Assembly (NCBI GenBank): GCA_002269645.1
Contig: NIVC01000498.1
Location: 1-64,000, forward strand
From: Macrostomum lignano
Taxonomy: Eukaryota
DNA: 64,000 nucleotides
Reading direction: 5' to 3'
The notes beneath the pieces were generated by a model, which worked only from the letters and a program-made list of their open reading frames with translations, had not been told where the DNA came from and made no database searches. Shown here piece after piece: positions 26,550 through 37,206 of this stretch (within the stretch, counting starts at the first letter, position 1; every line of letters starts with the position of its first letter). The translations under genes were made by a program, and so were the position numbers.

Positions 26550-27275
26550 ATCTGGGAATGCCAAAGCCGTCACAAGTACAGCCAACTGATATGTAAATGG
26601 TGTTTAACACCAAGGGCCCACGGAAAGCATATCAGTTTAAATCCTGTTACAGTGGCACCATTATCATTCAAAATTTGGAAAGCACCATAGTTTTAGAAAT
26701 TTTAGACTGATAATTAGCAGCCAATAGCTGAAGCAGATATAAAAAAGCTAGATAAAATAATAATGAGCTCTATAGTTAAATTCAGGCACAAACAGCAGCT
26801 TATCCTTAAAGCTAATACGAGCTGAGCACATTGTTGCTACACTTGCAAGTAGTGGCTTGATTAAAAAAATCTTTTTTACTTCAAATAATCAAATTTGTGC
26901 TTAGCGAACAAACTAAACTATAAACTGAAGCAATTCAGCTGTAAGAAAAGAATATTAACTACGAAGTTCTTTATTCTAGTTCCATTAAAGTGCACTCACA
27001 AATAAAAGTGCGAATTATAGTATACTTTAAATTTGAGCTCATGATTTCAAAGTTCAAAGTTTGAAAGATTAAAAGTTTAGACGTCTAGAAGCATTTCGTC
27101 GTCATCATCCTGAGCCGGCTGGACAGGCTGCCGCTGCTGCGGAGCCGGCTGCTGCTGCTGCTGCTGCGGAGCCGACTGGTACTGGTTCTGCTGCTGCTGC
27201 TGCTGCTGCGGAGCCGACTGGTACTGGTTCTGCTGCTGCTGCTGCTGCTGCGGAGCCGACTGGTACTGGTTCTGC

Positions 27276-30200
27276 TTCTTTTTCTTTTCTTTTTCTTTTT
27301 CTTCAGGGCTCCTCCGTATCCGGCTCTGCCGATCTAGAGGGGGGCAGGCGCCCCATGCTGCGAAGTAGGCCGATGATGGCCTCCGGGGACTCCATCAAGT
27401 CCTCGGAGGCGAGCCCGTGGACTGCCCGGTAGCGGTCGCCACAGGGGCAGTCGTGTAGGATGTGGCGCACCGTGTCCTCCGCGCCGCAATCGGGACAGGC
27501 AGCGGAGTCCGCGATGCCAAGCCTGTGGCGGGTGCTGAAGTTAATCATACTGGCGCCAGCGCGGAGCTGGTTTATCAGCACGTGGAGGCGGCGTGGGAGG
27601 TGGGCCGGTGGTGGTTTGGCCGGTGCCGCGTAGTCGGCGTCCATGGCCCGGCGGCGGCGGCGGAGGGCTGTCCTAGCCGCTTGTAGCTGGAGCGGCACGT
27701 GTTGTTGGTCGAGGGCGGCCGCTTCCGATGCCGCTTTGTCGGCCTCCTCGTTGCCCCCCAGACCGCAGTGGGCTGGGACCCAACGGAAGGTGACCGTGCG
27801 GTTACCGGTCGTGAGAGGGAGAAGAAGGTCCCAACAGTCCGACGCCACGCTGTCAGTTTGGGCCAGAGGGCCGGCACTCAGGGCCTGGACCGCGCTCAGG
27901 CTGTCGGTAGCGATGGTGACAGACGGGGGGGCATCGTTGGAGAGAAGGAGCCTAAGGGCCTCGCGGATGGCGACCAGCTCCGCCGTAAAGCTGCTGCACC
28001 AGGCTCCGGCGGGTACGCAGTGGCGGGTACGCAGTGGCGGGTGCCAGGAACCTCCCATTGAGCGATGGCCGCTCCCCCGCCGTTCCGCGAGCCTTCGCCG
28101 ACGGACCCGTCGGTCCAAATGACGCACGGGCTGGCGGCCAGATCGGCGACGGCGGGGCTGACGCGCTCCAGCTTCTCGAGCGCCGTCATCTGGCGGGAGA
28201 CCAGGGCGGTGAGAGAGGTGTCGAACTCAACCGTCTCCGCCCCTTCGGCATCCCAGGGTGGCGGGCCAAGGTGGCGAGCCGCGCGTGGGAGACGGTCGAG
28301 CTCGCAGCCGCTGCAGAGCTCCTCGGCGGATCTACGCCAGCAGCCCCTGTGGGGGCGGTTGGCATCCAAGGCCGCTCCGGGTTGGCGGCTACGCTCTTCG
28401 CCGACGTCGCCTGCCCCGTCGACCCGGTGCGCGTCAGGCGCCGTTCTGGCCTGAGCTGCGTAAGTACGGTTCTTTAGGCGAGGTCGCGTGGTCTTGGTGG
28501 CGATGGTGTGGGCGGGAGTGTCCGCCTGTAGCCGCGCCATACGCTCGCGCAGCATGCTGGCGCGCTCCAACGCGACATGACTGACCGGGGGGAGCTCTGC
28601 GATACTGAGAAGTCGGTCGGTGTGGGTGGTTTGGACGCACCCTGTGATGAGCCGCGCACAGGCGTTTTGTTGTCGTTCAATCATGAGTCGGGTGCTCGGG
28701 CTGCTCCCGCCAGCCAGATTCCGCTGCCGTAGTCGGCCACTGAGCGCACGGTGGCGGTGTAGACCGCTCGAAGGGTGTCTTGAGTTGCGCCCAGTTGGCG
28801 GTGAGCAATGGCCTGAAGGGGTCGTCTGCGGGCGGCCATGCGGCGGCGAATGTCTTTGGCGTGTTCGGCAAAGCCGAGATGGTCGTCGAGTTTCACCCCA
28901 AGGAAGACTGGGTGGGGCTCAAAGGCCAGTTGTTTGTTGCCGATGCTGACATTGAGCCGAGCCTTGCCTCTATTTTCCGCTGGGCTGAGGCTGAAAATGC
29001 TGTAGCTGCATTTGCCTGGGCTCAGCAGCACTTTCCAGCGCTCGCACCAACGTTGGACCGCGTCGAGAGCCGGTTGAAGTTTGCTCGCGCAGTTGGCTAG
29101 CTTGCGGTCCAGGGCCAGCAGGGCGCTGTCATCGGCGTAGAGGCTGGTCTCGACCTCCGGGGCGGCTTCCGCGATGGCCTTTGGCAGGTCGTTCACGTAA
29201 ACCAGCCAGAGGAGCGGGGCGATGACGCTCCCTTGGGGCAGTCCCTCGCGAAACACTCGCTCCTTACTGGTGGCGCTGCCGAAGCGGACCTTTGCGCGTC
29301 TGTCATTGATGAAACTGTTAATCCATCTGAGAAAGCAGACGGGGACGCCGAGTTCGCGCAGCTTACAGATGAGGGCCTTGCGCCAGACCCTGTCGTAGGC
29401 CCTCGAGAAGTCAAGCAGGCAGAGCACTGCTCGTTGAGCCTGCGGGTCCTCTAGTCCGTCGAAGATTGCCTGGGCGATGCGAGCGATCTGCTCTTCGCAC
29501 GATCGGCCCTGGCGGAATCCAGCCTGCACCGAGCTGAGCATCCCGCGGTCTTCGAGGTCGTGGCGCAGGCGGAGGTAAACCATTTTTTCGGCGACTTTGG
29601 CTATGCAGCTAGTCAGGGCCACTGGGCGATAGCTGCCGGGGTCATCCGCGCGTTTTCCGCGTTTGGGTATCGGGATGATGATGGCCCGGCGCCACTGATG
29701 CGTTTGTTAATGAGATTCAGGAGCCTGTTCTCGCTGCGGGCCGGGAGGCGTTTGAGCATCTCGTTTGTCACCTCGTCCGGGCCTGGGCTCTTTCTGGACT
29801 TAAGGGAGCGGATGGCGGAGCGGAGTTCGGTGATGTTGAACTCCTTGCACAGGCCTGATCTGGCGGTTGACGTGTGTGCGCTACATACTGTGCGCATGGC
29901 GGCGAAGGCGTCGCGGTTGATGCTGCGGTCGTCTTTGTGTCGTTTGATGCGGGAGACCTCCGCGTAGATAGCGCAAAATGCGTTAGCTTTGTCGCGGTCA
30001 GTTGTGAGCGCCTTCCCCGGTCTGCCGCGGGCCTCGTCGGCAGGTAGCACCAGCGCGCAGTTGCTAGGCGGAGGTGGCGGGTCTCCTCTCATCGCTCTGG
30101 TCAGCGCAAAGAGGTCGCTGTTGACGTTCAGCTCGGCGACGCGCTGGTTCCAGAAGTTGGCTTTCTCCGCTTTGATGGTCGCGTCTGCCACGCGTCTGGC

Positions 30201-32140
30201 CGTGTGGTACGCGCTGAGGTCTTCCGGTGTTTTGGAGCGCTCCGCTTGCTTTCTGGCGCTGCTGCAGTTCCTGCAGGCCTCGGTGCACGCATCCGTCCAG
30301 AAGGGTTTGCCTCGCCTCTGTCGACATCCACGCGGAATGGAGCCGGCGGCCGCCGTGAGAATCGATTGACAGAGACGCTGGTGGTCGGCGTCAATCCGCG
30401 AGCCAGAGGTGGCTGAGGACGGTTTCAGATGGTCTTCTGCGCGGTCGAGCTCGGCCTTGAAGGACGTCCAGTCGGCTTTGGCGAAGCACCATTTCGCTCT
30501 ATGTTGTTGCTTGGCGGTCGTTTTGGCCTTAGTAAGGGTGAAAACGATGGGCAGGTGGTCGCTGCCGAGGTCTTCAATAGTGCGCCAGGATGTCTTGAGG
30601 GCTGTGGCTAGGCCACTGGTGCACCAGGTGGTATCCGGGCAGCTGAGTCCGCCGGTCGCCGGGTTGGTACGGGTGTGCGTGGCGTCCCGGTTGCAGAGGT
30701 GTAGGCTTTTGCGAAGCGCCCATTCCTCGATGCTGGCGCCCCGATCGTCGTCGGGCTGGTGGTGGTCCCAGCTCCCGTGTCCATTAAAATCACCCGCTAC
30801 GATGGATTTGTTGGCAGTTGGGATGTCGTCCCATTTTGGTTGCCAAAGCTCTTGGCGTTGGTTGCTATCTGGGGGGGCGTAGACCGACACGAGCTTGATG
30901 GCACCGGCCCCCGGGATAGCGATAGTGCAAGCGGTGAGGTCGAGCTGAGCGTGGTCGTTGCTCCATGGTTCGTTGAAGGCGATGTCCTTGCGGACCAGGA
31001 TCATAACGCCTCCGCGGCCGGTAGCGCACTGGATTTTTTTGTGGATTTTTTTTGGGTTATGGCTGCTGTCCGGCCGGGCGTCGACAACGGTCGGTCTTGG
31101 CGCCGGGGTGTCTGCAGGGCGGTTGGTCGTGCGCTCCTGCTCCTGCGTCTGTTGTTGGTTGGACCTGGCGGATTCTTGGCAACATGGGCCGTGGAAGTCG
31201 GCTCTGTAGGCTTTCGTGCTGGGGAGTTGGCTGCATTTGAGGTGCAGCCACTCCTTGCAGCCTTGGCACTGGACACTATATCCCCGGCCGGTCGGGCGGG
31301 AGCAAACAGGGCATTGCCAGGTAGAGGAGGAGCGAGCGCTAGCACTGGCGCCTTGGATTGCTTTAGTTGCTGCCGGTTTCGACTGTTCGGGGCTTGCCGA
31401 GGGGTCCGGGGTGCGGTCCGGTGGAGCGGAACGAGGCTCAGGCCATGGGCGGTTCCGTTCGCTACAGGCAGTTCGTCCGCTGCGGCAACCGGGGCACCAT
31501 CTTGCCTTCTCCTCCGGCCATCTGAGGCGGCATCTCGGGCGAGGTGGGAGGCGCCCGCCGTCTGCCGAGAGCGGGTTGTTGTTCGTAGCGGCAGCCCCAT
31601 GGGCCGTGGTGGTCGCGGCGATGGTCGGTTGGTCGAGGAGGACCTCAGAATCGGCTTTCGGCAGTCCGTCCTTGCGCGCTGCCACACTGTACCCGTGCGG
31701 CGGTTGGAAGGTGGCGCCAGGGCGGAGTTTAGTCTCTTGGAGAAGGACCGCGCAGGGGCGCAGCTGGGCTAATCTCTCGGCTAGCTCCGTGCGACGGGCC
31801 TGCAATCCATTACAGTTGAATTGAAGGACCTGGAGCTCTGGGCCGGGTTTGGAGCTGCGCCTGTGCTGTCTCCTACTCCGCCTGGGGTGGGGGTTGGGCG
31901 CGTCGTGGACCGCGTCTCCTCCCCTCAGCCGCAGGACCGTATTGATATTTCCGTCCATTTCTGCCTCATCGTGTCTGGCAGTGGGGACGTGGGCTGGGCC
32001 AAGATGTTGATAGTTGCAGCATCCCTGATGGTTGCGACACTTAGTCACCCGCGTGCAGCGGGCGTCCAGGGGCCCCTCGTGGAGGAGGTCGCTTGCCACA
32101 GGAAGGTGATGGCCTTCCTGCACCATGATCGTCTGGTCCC
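27276..32140 (-). mobile_element. LINE D: Ingi/I-group-like non-LTR retrotransposon (leader-VLRLRGG-APE[PHD insert]-RT-RNase H)
   Basis: APE (LQFNCNG, LLQETKL, GDFNGH, SDHLP), RT (GLPQGS, YADD), RNase H (WVPAHCGLGGNEEAD), C-terminal CPDC...H...C; (GAAAAA)n tail; 11-bp TSD actggttctgc at 27265-27275 and 32141-32151; several frameshifts. Confidence 0.92.
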
Positions 32141-32388
32141 ACTGGTTCTGCTGCTGCTGCTGCTGCTGCGGAGCCGACTGGTACTGGTTCTGCTGCTGCT
32201 GCTGCTGCGGAGCCGACTGGTACTGGTTCTGCTGCTGCTGCTGCTGCTGCGGAGCCGACTGGTACTGGTTCTGCTGCTGCTGCTGCTGCTGCGGAGCCGA
32301 CTGGTACTGGTTCTGCTGCTGCTGCTGCTGCTGCGGAGCCGACTGGTACTGGTTCTGCTGCTGCGGAGCCGACTGGTACTGGTTCTGC

Positions 32389-35300
32389 TTCTTCTTCTTC
32401 TTCTTCTACGCAGCCCCCGCGTCGCCGCTGTCCGGCGGCTGGGGGGGAGGGCGACCTGCAGGCCGCCCCATCATCCTCAGATACCGGCAGATTCCGCCCG
32501 CGTCGTTGAGGTCGAGAGGGTGAGCAAGGCGGGCGAGTCTCCGCGTGGACACTGCTGCAGGAGGTGCTCTTCTGTGTCTTCGTCTCCGCAGTCCGGACAG
32601 AGCGGAGTCTCGGTAAGGCCGATACGGTAGCGGGTGGCCGCGCAGGCTGTGCTGCAGCCGGCCCTCAATTGGCAAACCGCCACCGTCTCGCCACGAGTCA
32701 GGCCGCCGTAGCGCTTCCAGGGCGAGCTACGGTTCAAGAGCTTGAGATCGAGGTGTCGCCTGGCTCGTTTGATGGCAGCCCTGGCGGCTTCGAAGGCGAT
32801 GGGCTGGTCCTGCGTCAGGTCCGAAGCCCGGTTCGCCGCCTTGTCGGCTCTTTCGTTGCCATCGACGCCGACGTGGGCCGGCACCCAGGTAATGCGGACC
32901 GGGCGAGCTTCTTGACTGAGCAGGCTCCACACCAGCTGTCCCATGGGCTCGCGTTGGTCAGCTGGCCCGCGCTGCAGGGTGAGGATGCCCGCCATGCTGT
33001 CCGTGAGAATGTCGATGCTGCCCCCGTGTGGTTGCTGGAGCTGTAGGCAGCGGCGGATGCCTAGAGCTATAGCCGCTAGCTCCGCCGTCGTGCTGCTGCA
33101 GACGGAGCCAGCGGCTGTCGTGTGTACTTCGCCCACAGGAGGGTGTGCAGGACGGCCGCGCCACGGCCGTCCCGGCAGCCGTCCGTGGCGCTGCCGTCAG
33201 TCCAGATGACGATATCGTGTTGAGGTCTGGATTCCAGGGCGTTGATGGCTCTCTCCCGTCTGATGCTGTCCGGCACTTTGCGGCCGCAGGTGACCTGCAG
33301 GCTGGTGTCGAAGCTGACTTCGCTGGGTGACTGCCATGGCGGCTCGGGCATCGGGAAGGGGGCGCGCCTCCCCGCTGGCTCGAGGGCGTTGATGCCGAGC
33401 TCCAGTGCGGCGCGCCTCCAGCAACCACGGAAAGGCCTGCGGTAGTCGCTCTCCAGCAGGACCCGGTCATCCACCGGGTGTTGCTCCGTAGCCACGCCTC
33501 GTGAGCACGGGATTTCAGGCGGGGCGGCAGGGTCTAGCGGCAGTCTGGTGCACCGGGACCTCCCGGGCAGCCTCAGAGCCCGTTCCCGCAAGGTCGCCGC
33601 TCTCTCCAGGATCAGGTGTCCGATGGGCGGCAGGTCTGCGGCCGCGAGGAGCGCCCTGACGTTCGTGGGCTTAATGCACCCCGAGATGATCCTGGCGCAG
33701 CAGAACTGTTGCCGTTCGATGAGAAGCCTGCTGCTCGGCGCCGCAAAGGCACCCCAGATTCCGCACGCGTAGTCGGCAATAGCACGCACGGTGGCGACGT
33801 AGGCAGTGCGGAGGACGTGGAAGGAGGCGCCGCCGCTACGAGTCGCCAGGGCGGCGAGGGGCCGTCGGCGGACTGCCATGCGGCGGCGGATATCCGCCAC
33901 ATGATGTTGGAACGTTAGCTGGCCATCAAGTTTGACGCCGAGGAAAGTCGGGTGGAGCTCAAACTGCAGAGGCTCGCCGCAGATGCTGAGGTGCGGGCGA
34001 ACTTTCCCATTGGTCTCGTTGGGTGCCAACGAAAAGGTCGTGAAACAGCACTTGTTGGGGCTAAGTTCGACCTTCCACCGGCGGCACCATTCAGCGGCTG
34101 CGTCAAGGGCCGGTTGAAGATTGATTGCGCAGCGCTGAAGAGTGGTGGCTGAGCAGAGGATGGCCGAGTCATCTGCGTAGAGGCTGACTGCTGATTGAGG
34201 GGCTGCCCGCGAGATGGCTTCCGGTAGGTCGTTAATGTAGCAGTTCCAAAGCGTAGGTGCGAGGACGCTGCCCTGTGGCAGTCCTTCCCTGAAGCAGCGC
34301 TCGCGGCTGGTGGCAGCGTTCCACTTCACCGCTGCCCTGCGTTGGCAGAGGAAACCGCGGACCCATCTGATGATGCGGCGGTTGATCCCCATGCGGAGCA
34401 TCTTGGCATAAAGCGCTGCTCTCCAAACCCTGTCGTAGGCGCGACAGAAGTCTAACAGGGCAAGAATGCTGCGGATGGGAGGCTGCGATTCGAGGCCGTC
34501 GAAAATATCCTGACATATCCTGGCTATCTGCTCGTCGCAGCCGCGGTGTCGGCGGAAGCCAGCCTGGCAGGGCGTCAGGAGGTTCTTGGTTTCTAGCGTC
34601 CAGTTGAGTCTGGCTAGCACCATACGTTCGGCGCACTTGGCGACGCAGCTCGTAAGCGCGACCGGTCGATAGCTGCTCGGGAGTTTTGGGACCTTCCCCT
34701 TTTTTGGCACTGGGATGATGACCGCTCGGCGCCAGCTGTTCGGCGTGGAGCCGTCTTTCCAGCTGCGGTTGATGAGGTGCAGCAGGCGTTCGTCGATCTC
34801 CGCTGGTAGGTGCTTAAGCATTTCGTTGCTGACGCCATCCGGGCCGGCCGCCTTACCGGACTTCAATTTACGGAGCGCGGTGCGGAGTTCGCCCAGCGTG
34901 AAGTCGGCCGCGGTCGGGTCTTGGGCCTCCTCTTCGGACTGCCGGAGGCCGCTGTTGGCTTCGTAGCGGATGGCTGCGTCATTCGCCCGTCGTTCAACCC
35001 TGCTAACCTCGGCATAAAGCTGGCAGAAGAGATTTGTCTTTTCTTTATCGGAGTTGCAGGTGCGCGCCGGGCGACTGCCGGAGGCCGGTCTGCTAATTGC
35101 CGCAGGGTCGCGTCCCGTGGGCGCTTCGCCGCGCATAGATCTGAGCAGCTTAAAAAGGTCAGAGTTGGCATCGAGCGCTTCCGCGCGCTGTTCGAGGTGA
35201 TCGCGGCGCTCTTTTCTAATGACCTTGGCGGCTTGGTGACGGGCTCTGTTGAAGGCTGTAATGGCCTCTTGGGTCTGAAGTTCCTCAGCTTGGGACCGGG

Positions 35301-36965
35301 CAGCTTGGGTTTCCGCGCAAGCATTTGAGCAGGCTTCGGACCAGAATGGGGCCCGACGTCCCGCCGTGCTGCCTCTCGGGATGCTCTTATGTGCTGCCTT
35401 CAGGATCATGCTGCTGAGCGCTTCGGCCTCCTGGTCAATGGTCATGGCGTTCGCCGCTGACCCAGTAGGGTTGGGCTGTTGGGCGCAATGGTTGGCCTGG
35501 AGTTCCGACTTGTAGGTTGTCCAGTTCGCTTTGCGATAGTTCCAGCGGGGGGGGCCTCGTTTATGCACTGGACGGGGCGCCGCGGCGTTGAACAGGATCG
35601 GGAGGTGGTCGCTACCGCAGTCTGGTCCAGTCCTCCAGCTGCGTGTGACCGTTTCGGCCAAGGAGCCGGAAACGCAGGTAATGTCCGGGGTTGACCGTTT
35701 GCCGGTGGCGGGGCTAGTCCTGGTATGAGCATTGCTGTTGCAGATAGCCAGCCCATTTCTGGTTGCCCATTCCTCGACGCGCTGTCCTCGCTGGTCCTCT
35801 TCCATGTGGTAATCCCAAGCGCCGTGGGCGTTGAAGTCGCCTCCGATAATAGTGCGATTATTGGTCGGGATGCGCTCCAGTGGGTTGTCCTCGGTGTTTT
35901 CGCCGGCAGATCTTTGGGCGCTGACTGGCGGTATGTATATCGAGACCACCAACAGGTCCGGTTGATGAGGCAAACTGAGCCTACACGCTGCGATGTCGCT
36001 TCCGTCGGTGGCCGGCCCCCTCTTGACCGTGCTGTAGCAGATGTTGGAGCTCACTAGTATCATCGCGCCCCCGCGGCCTGTGATTCTGTTTGCGTTCTTA
36101 GGGTGGATCTGGCTGGGCTGTGGCGCCGTGACCTCTGGCTCGTCGTCGGTCTGGGTGAGTGGTTGGCCTGGGTCGGTGCCGCGTCTGAGGCATCGGCGGC
36201 GCCCAGAGCAGCCGCTGCACCAGTTCGTCGGGTTGGCCGGCTCGCGGCGCTTGCAGGTTGGGCCTATGTGTGTCGTCGCTTGCGATGTATTCCCGGTTGC
36301 ACCATCCCGTGCCGGTTCATTGTTATCCGGCGTCGGATCCCGGTTGGTGCAAGCGGTGCGGCGGGATCGGCATCCGGGGCACCACTGTTCTCGGGTGTCC
36401 GGGAGTCGAGTGCGGCAGCGAGCAAGTTTTTTGGGCGGTCCGGCGCTGCCGTGTTGTTGTTGTTGCGTCGGTCGGGCCTCGTCCGCCGGTGCCGTTGATT
36501 GTACCGGGGCGTCCGTGTCCGGGTACGGAGTCCCGTCGCTCCTGGCGGCGACGACGTAGCCGGGTGGTGGGCGGAAGTCGTCAGAGGCCTTGAGCTTCGT
36601 CTCCTGCAGGAGAACGACAGCGGGGCGGTCGATGGTCAGCCGATGGGCCAGCTCCGTGTAGCGGCTACGAATGCCATTGCAGTTCAACTGCAAGAACGGG
36701 AGCTCTGGGCTTGGCTGATCGTCGACGGTCGACTTGCGCTTCTTGCGTCGCGCTCTGGTCGGCCTGCTGTCACTGCCTCCGCGAAGCCGTAGGACACGGT
36801 GGAGGTTGTCCTGGGGTTGCTCGGTCGAAAAGGATGAGGATGATCTGCGATGGTGTGGACCATTAGTCATTCCCGAGCTATCGCTCAGGTCCAGGGGCTC
36901 CCGGGGTCCTGGCCGATTGCTCATGTCGGCCGTTTCCCCTTCTCGGAGGATGTCCACAGGCCCCC
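32389..36965 (-). mobile_element. LINE C: Ingi/I-group-like non-LTR retrotransposon (leader-VLRLRGG-APE-RT-RNase H)
   Basis: ORF 33076-37431 holds APE and RT (GLPQGSVLAP, YADDS); RNase H in ORF 32477-33136; (GAA)n tail; TSD actggttctgc at 32378-32388 and 36966-36976. Confidence 0.93.
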
Positions 36966-37206
36966 ACTGGTTCTGCTGCTGCTGCTGCTGCTGCTGCGGA
37001 GCCGACTGGTACTGGTTCTGCTGCTGCTGCTGCTGCTGCGGAGCCGACTGGTACTGGTTCTGCTGCTGCTGCTGCTGCTGCGGAGCCGACTGGTACTGGT
37101 TCTGCTGCTGCTGCTGCTGCTGCGGAGCCGACTGGTACTGGTTCTGCTGCTGCTGCTGCTGCTGCGGAGCCGACTGGTACTGGTTCTGCTGCTGCTGCTG
37201 CTGCTG

